Notes under the pieces: model-generated
What the model was told of the DNA's origin: nothing
What the model saw: the letters and a program-made list of their open reading frames with translations, nothing else
The model's database searches: none
From: Zootoca vivipara
Lineage: Eukaryota
Length of the DNA: 64,000 nt
Direction: 5' to 3'
Assembly (NCBI RefSeq): GCF_963506605.1
Contig: NC_083276.1
Coordinates: 85,498,001-85,562,000, forward strand
In this document: piece after piece, positions 13,901-26,625 of the stretch
Numbering within the stretch: the stretch's first letter is position 1
Layout of the letters: each line of letters starts with the position of its first letter
Program-made: the position numbers and the translations under genes

Positions 13901-16900
13901 TAATCAGTATGTATGAGGTTTCACAGTATCTGCAATCCTGCAAGAAAGAAGCTGATCACAAGATGTTAGAGGGAGTCTATTGTCTGGATTTAATATTGAA
14001 TTGACTTAATCAACCCTGCTGTGCCCAGACATCAAACCCTAAACAAAATACTGGCAGGGAGTGGTTAAGAAAAACAGAGACCTAGGTGCCCTGTTCAAGC
14101 AGGACTTGTAAAAACATTGCAGCCCAGAAGATTGGATCACACACTCTTCTTGTGCAGTAAGGTGTATCATGTCAGTTTCACTTTGTGATTTTTGAAATTC
14201 CCATGTCACAGAATGATTCAAAGCACCAGTTATATCACTCTTAGCAACAGACTTCTGCTTTAATCTTCCTGTGCTGGAGGAATTTCCTTTAGAGTAGCAG
14301 GATCAGCATCATTTTATTTTTATGTTAAATATTACTTGAGTTAAGTTAAGGCTGTTTTGTTCCAGATAACTGCTGGCAAAGAGCAGAGTTGCTGTGGGGT
14401 TACATAAGACAAAATAGTAGGCCAGCCATGGTGAGCTGAGGATTATTTTCTTCCTACTTTTGTTAAACGACCTGGTGAGCAGAACTACCATCCATCTGAT
14501 TTATGTAAGATCAACTGACAAGCCATCTATCCAAGAAGCATGTAATGTTGACCCTCATAACTGACACAGTCATCCTGATTGGATCCCAGGCGGATTCTGT
14601 TGTGATCCTTATGAATCGTATTGGAGCTGTATCATTAAATAGAAATGCAGCTTCCTCTCTTGGTTTGAAGGACCAAGAAGAGCAATTCTGAACATGATGA
14701 ACATTTTTCATATGCAGAATAGAGCCAAGTTTATAGAGAAACTGTACTGAGAAATTCACTGTGGATTCAAGGTTAATAACTTGCTGTTGCAGTGGACTGA
14801 GATTTCTGTGTGATCCTTCAGGCCCATCGGACTGCTACACAAGGTGAAGCTATTGTTAAATGAGCAGCACAGTGCCCCTGCCAGAGCTAAGAAAGTCAAA
14901 GGCTGCATTAGCTTCCTTGTTGGTGCATTAGGAGGTACAAAACAGAGTGGTGTAAATAGTTGCGTTCCTACTGCCCCAGTACATGATGCCTGGATTCAGT
15001 ACTCTGGCAAGCAACAGAACTGAAATAACAGGCAAGCACAGTAGCCCATGTATTTGGAGCTGGCGTAAACAAACATTACAGCCAAGCTTCTGTGTTAACA
15101 ATAGTAGCTTTTCACACTCCTGAAATGGGCCCAAGATTTTTCATGTGGGCAGTGGCTGCTGCAATGCCTGAGTACCCACCAGAATCTCTGCTGCCCAAGG
15201 AAGATGGTGATTGGCTCCCTCTGTTAGGGCTGATTGCCTGGAATCTGGGTCACAGACTTAACAAGATTGCTTTTCGACGCTTCACTGCTCTATTCACCAG
15301 CCTGTCAGCTCTGTGTATGTGGCCCAGGGGAAACCCCTGAGCTAGCCCCAAGCGCTGTAGCTTGTATAGACTGTGTGCAGCTGACTGCACATTATAAATA
15401 ACAGCATAGCACGTCAACTACACTAGTCAGTCACATCTGATGAGCTTTGAATTCTAGCTTCAAATCTCTAATGCAAAAGAGCTTATTCACACACCTTCTC
15501 TACAACTAGGCTCAAACAAAGGTCACATGTTAAGGTGCTCCCTGAGTGGCTTTGTAAAGCTAGGGTTTCTTTTTTTCTCACATAACATATTTTATTGAAA
15601 TTGGAAGAAAATACAAAGATTGATATCAGGTATCTTTTTATAAGACTAAAAAACTATTCTAAATAAAAATACAAATCAGAAAGAAAAGGGGGGAAACAAG
15701 ATGAAGAAGAAAAAAGAAAAAAGGGGGGGATGAGAAAACAAGAACTTCTGATTCCTCATCTGTCAGCTATATGTAGAAAATTATTCAACATATCCACTCC
15801 AAGATAAACACCCAACAAATCTACTTTGTAGAAACCAAAGCCAAGGTTTCTTCATCCTTCCAAAGCAATCCAACTTCTACATCAAGAACATTCCAATTCT
15901 GTGCCCAAACTTAGTTATTCGAGTAAATGTGTGGCTTACGTAGTGTATACCTTCTCAGTTTTGATTACATCTGAATCAGTTCAGGAAGTTTGTTCAAAGT
16001 GCAGACTTCTTTGATGAGTGTGGGGTATACGGCAGAGGAAAAGCTGAATGCATGTATAGGAGTGTGATTTGAGGTGGCATTGGAAAGAGGACACAAATAC
16101 TTTTGCATCCTGGAACTTTGTGTGAACCCTGTCTCTTTCCAAAGTGAATATTTAAACACAAGAGTAAGGGAAATGCTTTTGGAAATAATATAAGGAGCTA
16201 CCGGAGATTCTCACATAAAATATTTCGTACCAACAGCCCTGCCCAGAGCACTCTCCCCACCCTTTTGAGTTTGCTCAGACTTTGGTGATTGCTTACTGGC
16301 AAAATATGTTAGTATTCAAACCTGTTGGCCAGAGCTATGAGAGAGAAAGTTCCTCAGCAGAGGCGGGCTGTGCTCTGTTTCAGAACTCCCCCTTCCACAG
16401 TTGCAATTTTGTTAGTTGGAGTATGTCTTGGGACATCAAACAATGCAGATCTTCTGTAGTTGTGTGTGTGGAGCTACATAGAACATGATAGCTCTGTTGG
16501 TTAGAGCATGGTGCTGATAATACCAAGGTTGCAGGTTTGTGTTAGCAGCAGCCTGCCCTAACCAACTGAGCTATCATGCTCTAAGTGCTGAAGGCCAGGC
16601 TGCTGAAGGAAGTAACCTCTAGCATTTAAACTGTCACACTTCAATTACTGCTTAGCTGAATTATATTTTTCTTCTTTCTCCTACAGTGCAGCCATTAGAG
16701 GAACCTGGAGGAGACAGGTAGGTTTGCTTTGTATTGTCTTCATAGTGGAGTCGGTTCTTGCCACCCTTCTGCCTTGCCTGCTCTCTTTTACTCAGTATTT
16801 TGACCTGTGTCATGACCTGAGAATTGCTTCCCCAAATGGGTTTGTAGGGCTCCTTACTTATTTCCCTTCATTAATGGGGTCAGGTTTTGTTCTGTTTTCG

Positions 16901-19900
16901 GTTTCTAGAATTTGGAAGAGTCAGATGGATGCCTTCTCCGGGTTTAATGGCATTTCAAGGCCAAGAGGAGGTGCTCAATTGCAGCCATCACCTACTGGAT
17001 GGATGTCTGTCCTGAAAATGCCACCTGAGGCTTAGGAGGCATAGGGATCCAAGAAAGGAATGTAGGAAGGAATTAACAGTTGTGCTGTGGCAGTCGTTTC
17101 ATCAGCACAAGCCTTTCAGTTTCTCGGACGGAACAATCTCCCATCTCCCCCTGCCCCTGGTCTGGGAGGGTCTCCCAATCTTCCCAGGGCTGATTTCTCT
17201 GTGGGGTGGGAGTCCTGTTCCACAGGCAGATGTTCTTGTGCAAGTTTCTGTTAGCAGGACTAGTTAGTTGAATCCTGCCCCTTGTGGGTGGGCTTCACCT
17301 AACCAGCCCCATCGGTGAAAGCCCTGCTCAAGCACTTTGCTTGTGGCTTTCCCTCCTCTCTTCCCCCCACCCCTCAACTTGGCTCTGGGGGAGTTGTAGG
17401 AACCAATGAGGGGAGAGGCAAGCTGGATTACTTACACATATGGAACAATTGAAAGAGGTCAACATCTGGCCATAACTTTGTTCCACAACAACTTTGATAG
17501 CTTTCTGTTAATGCTGCCTGCAGGAAGTGATTCTCTGTTGCTTGTGGCAAGCATACCTGGAAGGTCTATAGTACTGATACATTGTTTCCATCCCTGTAGT
17601 GACAGTGAGATGGCAAGAGCACAGCCTCACCTGTTAAGTGTCCCAGAACTCTGTCGTTTCCTGGCAGAGAGCTGGATTACCTTCAGATTGTACCTTCAGG
17701 AGCTGCTGCAATACAAGAGGCAAAACCCTGCTAAGGTAAGCTGGGAGTCATCAGGCCCTTGCAGGAAAAATCCTAAAACATGGCTACTTTCACCCATGGC
17801 GCCTTTGGGCCGTGGCTTGTTAACACAAACATGCATATTCAAATACATTTATTCAAATACAAATACATATTCAGAGTTGCTCCTAGCACTTAGGGCTGTT
17901 TCATACTGGATTATTTTTCTACATGGATATTGCTTCACTTTAAGAAAGGATGTGCATACACAACAATATGTGGTGTAAACATTGTATTCCCAACAATTTT
18001 AAGGGAATCTAGTATTCTTCACAATATATGTGGAAACAAAAAATGGGAATAGGGTTTTAACCAAGTATGCCAGTACAGACAAGGTACAGTGTGTTCCAGA
18101 AACTATCCTGAGAAAAATAGCTGAGGGCAGACATACCGTTCGCCTGCACATATGTGTTGATGTTGCTTTGTAGATGTCACTTCTTTGTTTCTTTTTCCTC
18201 TGCTCTCACCCAGTTCTGTTTTGTAATCCAAAATGCATAATGTGATATATTTGTGTTGCAACTCTGTTCTTGACATTTGTCTTTCATTGCAGAGGTGCAT
18301 TTCTATGTAGTGGCCTCATTCCTGCATTGAAATGTGAGATTGCTGCTTGCAGCAGTTGCTCCATATAATCAGTAAATGAGCAGTTCTGGCCCTGAAAAGA
18401 ATTCACATTTTCTTGCTGTAATATCTGGGATTTATGAGCATAGATGGCAAGTAGGTCTCTCTATAGATTAATTAATGGCCTGTCCTTGGAGGAGAAAGCA
18501 TTACCTTATATTATATAGTCAAGATCAGTTAAATGGAAAGCAGGTAGAGAGGGGATTAATGTATGGGCCTTATTTTATCTCAGGATGAGGGAAGTCCTGA
18601 AATCTGTTCCAGTCACCTTTTGCCAGTGGTAAATTTCTTCCATTTCCATTGACAGCCTTAATAGTGAATCAAACACATACTCCTTTCAGAGTGTTGGGAT
18701 TGGCATAGAAAAAATCAGGCTTTTTCCTCTTGTAGTCAGCTATTTGCCCATTTGCCAGTTACTTTCAGACAAGCAGCTTGCTGTTGCAGGTACTTCTGGA
18801 TCCCCACCCAGCTCTGTTATAACACTACCTGGTAGCAGCACCTGGGAGCAAAAGAGTAGCCAATCGTTCTGGAATGGCAGAAGCACAAAGCATGTAAAAT
18901 GGCTGTGTGGGCGAATACAAGCAGTTACTAATGAAAACAAGGCTCTTTGGGATTGGGGGCGTCTCTTGAGCCATTGCAAAGGTGGCTATTGGCTGTCCTG
19001 GGAATGCTTCCACTGTGTTAAACCTTTCTTCTCTATCTCCTTTTGCCTTGTACTTCCAGTTTTGTGCCAGAGTCTGCTCAGGATGCTTGATCTTAGCAAT
19101 AGTAGGACACTATGTTCCTGGAATCATGATTTCCTACATTGTCTGTGAGTATAACTGGGCTGTTTGTATCCCTTAAAACTAGACATGTGACTTAACTAAG
19201 CATATGAACAGGAATTTTCTTTATCCAGCTCATTTAAAATAAATTAAAAGCACGTAATAATTCCGACACCTTGTGGGGCACAGGGACACAGATTGAATTG
19301 AATAAGGCTCAGCTGGTAGAGGGCTAGACACTGATTATTCTTATGGAGCATTGGCTGCCTCTTTGTCCCTGAGAATACATGCTTCTAACACTTTCTGGAT
19401 TGTCTCCAGTGCTCAGTATCTTGCTGTGGCCTCTGGTGGTGTACCATGAACTTATCCAGAGGATGTACACACGCTTGGAGCCCATTCTGATGAAACTGGA
19501 CTACAGCATGAAGGTGGAGACCTTGCATCTTAAACATGAAAAGAAAAGTAAGACAACAGCTCAACAGTACCTGAAATGCATAGCTTTTGATGATAGGATG
19601 CAGGACGTAAGTCCCAGCAAGTAAAAATTAGAAACTGGGCTGGCTAGCTAATCACTGGAGATGACTGGATTTTAATGTGCATTAGTGTCCAGTACTGTGA
19701 GGAAGCACAGTCTGTATGAAGCATCTGATGAAATATTCCCTTGGTCCTCTTCTTATAGGACTAGTTCCACTGATGTCCCATTAAGCATTTTGTATGTGTT
19801 TTCTAACAGAGCGTCAAGGAAAGAGTGAGCCCGAAGCTGGCAATGAGCCGATGGCAGAGACTGAAAGTGAGAGTGAGGCGGAACTGTCTGGGTATTCTCC

Positions 19901-22900
19901 AGTGGTAAGAGCATGGGAAGGGATACATGTTGGTGTTGAGCTTCATTCCCAAGAATTCATTTCTTTCAAGTGATGTGAGCTTGCTTGCAGGGTTGGAAGG
20001 TTTGAGATCTATCTCTCAGGGTTTAGGTGGAAGAGTTAGTCTTGGAGGATAGCTCTTCCTGATTATTGCCAGCACTAATTGTATTTCCATTCAGTAAACG
20101 GTTAATATTATTAGTGCATCCCTCTTTGAAATCCATCCTCTGAAATGTCCTCATGCTCCTCCATTTTGCAGGTGGATGTGAAGAAGACAGCTCTGGCGTT
20201 GTCAATTACAGACTCTGAGCTCTCTGATGAGGAGGCCTCTATCCTGGAGAGTGGAGGCTTCACCGTCTCCAGAGCTACCACACCACAGCTGACCGACGTG
20301 TCTGAAGGTGCCATTTTCTTACTCCCCAAACCCAAATGCTACATATTATTTGGGGCCACTGTGTAGTAGAGTACAAGTTGTGTATTCCCTTCTAGAGTGT
20401 TCAGAGATGAAAACTAGGATATGTAGGGTAGTTGTTGGGCTTAGAATTCATGAGAATGATGAACTTTAGGCTGAAAAATACCAAAATCAAATTTGATTCC
20501 TGATTTCCAGGCTTTGAGTGGCCCCTGAATACAGCTATCTTCACCAGGAAACATGGATGTACTTGTTTACTATATTTTTTACATGTTACCGTGCAGAGTC
20601 CAGTGTCTTTATTATTTCTTGATTGATGATAGACATCCAGGACTGTTCTGTAACTTGCAGGCCATTGGGAGAATGCGAGTAGCTCCCTTACTATGGTTAC
20701 CGGTGCCACACACAAACAGCCCCAAGTTCTTCTGCAGCATTGTTAAGTCTTCGGGGATTAGCTGTCCACTCTAGGCTCTCCTTGCCAGAGCTTTGATCCC
20801 CCTACACTCTTCTCCCCCACCCTCTAAGATGAACAGCGGACATTACCAAGGCAACATATTTCACTGAGGCTGTCCTTGAGGCTGTAAGCCAAAAAGACCC
20901 ACTTCTTCAACCAATCCATTTCCTTGTCACCCTAGCCTTGCCTTACATCAGGAGTGGTCAACCTTTTTAGACCAAGGGCAGCATATTCTCTCTACCAGTG
21001 ATTGGTGGGCTGAGCAGAAAATGTAAATTTTGCCTTTGTATAGTAGGCTACTTTTTAAACACACTTGCACACCCATTTCTCTCCTCCATCCAGGTCAGCA
21101 AGAGACAGTATCAGAATTTAGTGACACATCCCAGCCAGGCAAAAACACTCAAGGAAGGGTACAAACCAAGGCTGGTGAGAGGTGTGGCTTTGGGAGAGAA
21201 GGGTATGGTGCAGTAGGAAGTGTAGCCTTACCAAATCCTGAGGACCAGATGGAGAGGCTTAGAAGGCTGTATCTGGCCCCTGAACCTGAGCTTCCTTTCC
21301 CCTTAACATAACTTTTATTCATTTGCAAGCCTCCTACCCCCAACCCATACACAACAGTGTAAATTGTAAACCAGAAAGGACCATATTTTAATGCAGAAAC
21401 TAGCACACTTGTACTATATAGATGTTGTAGTAGCTAGTGGTAATGTGGTATCATTACTGCTAAATCTCTGTGTATGTGAAAATCCAAAGTATTGGATCTT
21501 GTTCCATAATAGCTCATTTACACACTTAGAAGTAGCAGTTGCAGCCATTTCCACTGCAGTAGCATGCAGAGCTTTTCCTGAGGCTTTACCAATGAGGAAG
21601 AACCTGGTGGAGTAACTTCAGGGAGCCCCAGCCTGCAATGCTAAGTATGATTGTTGTTGTTTGTATAGTGTCTTAGAGTGCTTTGAAGCACACCAGCTTT
21701 GTTATCATGTTATCCTACCTGCCTTGTATGATAGGTTGTTGCCATGGTGCATGTTGGCACCAATGACGTGGGGAAATGTCATGTAACCCTGGAAACACAA
21801 TTTAGGTAGCTAAGTTGAGAGCCAGGACCTTCATGGTAGCTTTATCTTAAATGCTACCCTTTCCATGCACAGGACCAGCTAGACAGGCAGGGTTGAGTAG
21901 TTCAATGTATGGATGAGATGGTGAAGAGGTTTGGATTTGTTAAGCACTGGGAAATGTTCTGGGGCAACCCAGGCCTTTACAGAAGGGACAGGCTCCATTT
22001 CAGCCAGGACAGAACCAGACTGTATATGCTTAAAGTCTAAAAGGTGGCAGAGCAGCTATTCAGCTGTTTGCTGGGAGAAAGCCACTTGAAGCTGAGGAGC
22101 ATCTTGTTTGGGGCAAACCACCCAGGGGAATCCAGGAAATTACAGGGTGGTTAGATTAATGTCTCTTCTGGGAAAACTGGTGGCAAGCATAATTAAAGAT
22201 TGGAATACCAAGCATATAAGGACAAGCCTTGCTGAGGCAGAAGCAGTGTGGCTTCTGCAAGGGTATGTCCTGTGTTTGAGAATGTCAGCAAGCACATAGA
22301 GAGGGAGAAAGAAGTGATCCAGTTGGCATAGTGTACTTAAACTTTCAAAAAGCCATTGACAGAGTCCCTTGCCCAAGACTCCTGATTAGGTTTAGCAGCT
22401 GTGAAATAAGAGGACATGCTGTTATAGATCAGGGCTGGTTAAGAAACAGTGGAGAGTAGAAATTAATGAAGGGTTTTCCCAATCGGTTGTAGGAAGCGGG
22501 GTCCACAAAGGTTTGGTGTTGGCACCGGTGCTTTTTAAACTTGTTCATAAATGATCTAGAGTTGGGCGTGAACAATAAGGTAGCCAAGTTTGCTGCTGAT
22601 ACTAAATTGTTTGGGGTGCTTAAAACAGAAAGGAATTGCAATGCGCTTCAAAAGTAGACATTAAAATTGGAAATGCAATTAAATGTAAGCAATGTAAGAT
22701 TATGCATGGTGTAGAGAAAGAAAGGTGTTTCTCATAATACAAAAATCTGAGGACATGTAATGAAGCTAAATGTTGGAAGATTCAGAACAGACAAGAGAAG
22801 GTTCACATAGCACATAGTTTAAACTATGGAATTAGTTCCAACAAGACGTAGTAATGGCCACCAATGTAGATGGATTTAAAAGACAAATTTCTGGATGATA

Positions 22901-24301
22901 AAGCTATCAATGGCTGCTGGCCACAACGGCTTTGTTCACTGTCCACTAGTGTGTCTGAATTCCAGTTGCTGGGAGTTCCAAGCAGGAAGAGTGCTGTTTC
23001 ACTCATGTCCTGCTTAACCCTAACCCTAACCCTTCTCATAGGCATATAAGAACAGGATGCAGGACTAGATGGGGCTTAGGTCTGATTCAGCAAGGCTGTT
23101 CTTATGTTTTTATTGCCCCCATATTGTAGTGCAGGGGGCAGGAGTGAGAATGAGATAGTGGTGGTACATCTAAAGCACCTAACGAGTACATGGCAAAAGT
23201 GAGATTCAAACCAAGGAGTTCCTGATTTGTACACACTCACCATAGCCACTATGATACGCAGCTCTCATACACCAGCATTAACATGCATGATACTGCATAC
23301 ATTTACCAGCTCAAATTTGTCCTGATGAGATGATTGAACAAGAAAGAAAGAAAAGCAGTAGCAAGATCATCGTGTGGTTGGTGACTTTTAATTAGGGAGG
23401 ACAACTGTAGAACAGCAGCAGCTGACCTGTTAATGAGAGAATAGGAAAGAACATTTCTGTGCAAGGTCAGGATAAGACGATAAGGAGGCACACAAAGGCA
23501 AGTAGAGTAGGTGTATTCAGAAAACAGACTAGCAGGTGAGCTTGGAATGCCAGTTGACAATTGAGAACAGGGAATTCTGGGGTGTTTGGGGAGGCCATGT
23601 TCATACTCCCAATATGCTTTTCAGATCTGGACCAGCAGAGCCTTCCCAGTGAGCCAGAAGAGTCCTTCTCCAAGGACTTGGCAGAGTTTCCTTCTGTGGA
23701 AGAGTTTCATTCCAGAGACTTGGGACCACCCAGTGAGGATGACAACTTTGCAGTGCCTGCCCACACTGCCCACCAACTGGACTCTGCTGAGAAAGACGGT
23801 GTGGCGGCAGCAGCCATGAGTTCAGACACATCCATCCTGTGCCTGGCCTCACCCCTGCACTTTGTAAATACGCACTTCAACGGGAACGGGCAGGCAGTGG
23901 CAGGAGGAGCCCTGGAGCCCCAGCCTGTCACTGCCCAAGGCCTGGGGCTGCACATCGATTCACTGAGCCAAGAGATTGTCACCACCGCTATCAGTACAGT
24001 AGTGCAGAACACTCTGTCAGCCCTGCTCCGCTCCTCTGAGGACGAGGGGCCTTCTCTCTCTGAGTTCCTGCCCACTGAGCCCGAGGAGAGACTGAGCTTC
24101 CAGGCCCAGCTGTCTGAGAGTGCAGAGGTGGGGGCGGCCTCTCTGCCTGGGGGGGAGGAGGAGGAGGAAGCTGATGATTTCGAGCTGCTTGATCAGAGGG
24201 AGCTGGAGCAGATGGATGCGGAGCTTGGCCTTTCTGGAGAGACAGAGGCTCCAGCGACACCGGCTCTCCCTCCTGAAGAAGAATCCTTGCCCACCTCCTA
24301 G
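7455..24301 (+). CDS. RETREG2: Reticulophagy regulator 2 (FAM134A), ER-phagy receptor, 554 aa; exons 7455-7714, 12924-13030, 16687-16717, 17600-17735, 19060-19144, 19410-19547, 19810-19904, 20172-20307, 23625-24301
   Basis: The spliced ORF is 1665 nt, all junctions GT-AG with consistent phase. Diagnostic peptides: [85 protein letters not shown], and the C-terminal LIR motif DDFELL (24173-24190). Confidence 0.96.
11696..11950. mobile_element. 255-bp non-autonomous hAT-Charlie element (OC1-like)
   Basis: Ends CAGGGGT..ACCCCTG with a perfect TSD GTCTACAC (11688-11695 / 11951-11958). The family name is from memory only. Confidence 0.85.
12565..12700. mobile_element. 136-bp hAT MITE, same family with variant TIR
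   Basis: TIR CAGGCATAGGCAAACT, TSD GCCTAGAT/GGCTAGAT, and an interior shared with 1693-1828. Confidence 0.88.
15571..15836 (-). mobile_element. 5'-truncated L1-like 3' UTR fragment
   Basis: The minus strand shows a pyrimidine tract, AATAAA and an A-tail. Degenerate TSD AAAGCTAGGGTTTCT / AAAGCCAAGGTTTCT. Confidence 0.55.
16479..16583. repeat. Foldback of a tRNA-derived SINE head
   Basis: 29-bp inverted repeat (16479-16507 / 16555-16583, 26 of 29 matching) built on a tRNA-like 5' half. Confidence 0.65.
21720..23105 (+). mobile_element. Degraded CR1-type LINE fragments in RETREG2 intron 8
   Basis: Remnant peptides HVGTND (ORF1 esterase-like), [12 protein letters not shown] and [15 protein letters not shown] (RT-like), with frameshifts and stops. 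Confidence 0.7.
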
Positions 24302-26619
24302 GTCTCACTGCTCCCCTGTATTTCTGCAGCTGCAAGGGAAGGACAAGTGAATACACAGCAGAGTTTGGTCTGTGCTGACTGGGGACGGCAAAACATCCAC
24401 ATTCAGTGTGTTATGTCTGGAATAGTGAGTCCTCTTCCTAGTGTTGGCCTTCCCGGCAGGGTGTTGCGTCTTGCCCACGCTTCCTAGTGGTGATGCAGTC
24501 TTTTTGGTCTGCTGCTGCAATTTGTCTGTCTTTGTCTATTTGTTTTGTTTTTTTGCACGCCGCATCCTCAGCTAGTTATCCCCGCTGCTCGCACCCACTG
24601 TTCATGCCCACACACACCCCAGTAGGAAGGAAAGCGGTTTTATTGGATGGAGGGGGTGCCAGAGGGTCTACATTGTAAATATTTTTATGAAAACATTGGT
24701 TTGTTTAGTTGGGAAGAGGGAGAAGAGATTGGTGGTATGGAGAAAATGGGTTGAGGTGTGTTTTCCCCCTTGAGTTAGAAATTTGGGGGTGGATGGGAAG
24801 TAGGGCTTCAAATGAGACATCATGTGGAGTATATTTGCTGTCAGGACAAGATGAGGGGGCAAAATTGAGCTTTGCTGCCCACCTTGTACAAGAATAGCAG
24901 CTGCTTTTGCACTTCCGAGCACTTACTTTCACCCTACAACCCAATTTCCTTTATTCAGTTGTGTGAATATGACACCTGATTTGGGCTCCAGGAAGTGGAT
25001 AGTCTGGTCCTGTAGGTTCTCAACTCCAATGCCAGGCTCCCTGCAGGCTCTTTAATCCACTTGGGAAAACACAAAGCAATTTGCAGTGACTTGAAAGCTT
25101 CCTCTTCCACTTCTGCTGCTGCACTTTAAAAACAAAATCCCCTTAGATCTACTTGTTGTCACCTTTCTCTAAGGCCTGGCCGAGCCAGTTCTGCCCTATG
25201 ATGCACCCTGGCCAGAGCACAATCTTCTGCTGCACTCAGCCTTGCCAGGGAAAAGAGCAGGGCAGCTTGAAAAGGAACAATGCATGTGGGACATTGGGAA
25301 GAACGTTCTCCAACTGAAAGAAGCCCTCTAGGCTTATCTCCACTCCACTCCCACTCTCAAATCACTTTTGAAACCTCAGGGGATTCACTCTTTATAGTCT
25401 TTTGCTAATTGGAGTAGTGTGCCCATTTACGTTCTCAGGAGAAAGAAGGAACTAAATGGGAGTGGCGGATTTTGGTTTTTTTTTCTCCAAAGGTGGTTAC
25501 TGCCCCTGATATCTATTGCTGCTTGCACAGGTTTGCAGAATATTAATTCTAGGATCTGGTGGCTGAGTCTTTCAAATATTGATTTTAAGTTGTAATGATA
25601 AAGTGGTTTTTTTATTGTATGGAAACAGAGATGCCCCCTATTGGGTGTGTATCTTTGTTAAGAGGCAGCAGTCTGTATTCAGTAATCGCGTTCTCGACTG
25701 AGTGGATACTGCTTGCTCCCAGTAATGGATCTCATTTTTTGCCTGTTTTCCAACGATTGCTGGAGAAGCCAGGTGGGTTGGGGAGTGTCATGAATTGGCC
25801 ATTTTCTTACTGTTGAAAATTTTCAAGCTGGGCACTTCTGGGCAATTCCTGATGCTTTCACATTCTCACAAGTGACTGTAGCTTTGCAGATGCAGGCTCT
25901 GAAGCTGTGATAGCTTGTCCTGCAGGCCTCAACATTTTAAACTGCACTTCTGAGAGTTTCTGACCAAGGTGAAGGTGCTGCCTCTCAGTGGGAGAGGCCA
26001 CCAATCAATTCCAAGCACATTTGCAAGACCCCAGTTCTTGCCTTTTGCACCCTTCAAGTTTCATTGCTTGCCGAGTCAGTCACTGGCCCACTCTTTGTAT
26101 TGAGGATGGCTGCCTGTCTCAGGTTCCTTCAGTCATGGGGCGATGATTTTCTTAAAATGCAAAATGATCTTGTTCTCCAGAGTTGGTTTCCTTTCTGACC
26201 TGTGTTGCTTGCCCCAGCCCAGCCCAGCCTGAGTCAAATGTTGTGGGGTGGATGTCTGTTAAAACAGCTTCCTCCTAATGTCTGCACTTTGGAAATGGGC
26301 AGCCACATGGCACTGAGTGTGGAGCTTGCTCGCCTTTGTGTTGTGTCCTGAGCACAAATTTTGCTATCCCTACCACCAGCCAGAAGCCCTAGCTTTCCCA
26401 TTCTGGTGCAGGAGGCATGTTATATGTTTGTGTTTTTCTCTGAAGCTCTAAGCTGTCTTCCTCTTCTTTGGTGGCAACAGCGCCATACTGCTCCATGATA
26501 GGGGCCTTCTGAGGAAGGGCTGGGAGGTTGCTATGTCACCCAGGAAAGGCAGAGGGCTTTGAACTGTGTAGCGGTGTTTATTCTATGGCTAAATATTTAA
26601 AACAAACTGTAGTATTTTT

Positions 26620-26625
26620 AATAAA
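26620..26625 (+). terminator. Likely RETREG2 polyadenylation signal (3' UTR ~2.3 kb)
   Basis: AATAAA in an AT-rich context, followed by TG/T-rich sequence. Confidence 0.6.

Noticed and set aside
15789-15802. 14-nt match CATATCCACTCCAA to the L1 target site at 37138-37151
   Set aside because: No flanking similarity; isolated 14-mer matches are expected by chance somewhere in 64 kb.
16488-16540. tRNA-Ile-like sequence
   Set aside because: Only a 5' half with no complete T arm or acceptor stem; a SINE head, not a tRNA gene.
23014-23033. Telomere-like (TAACCC) repeats
   Set aside because: Only about three units inside a decayed repeat; too short to call an interstitial telomere.
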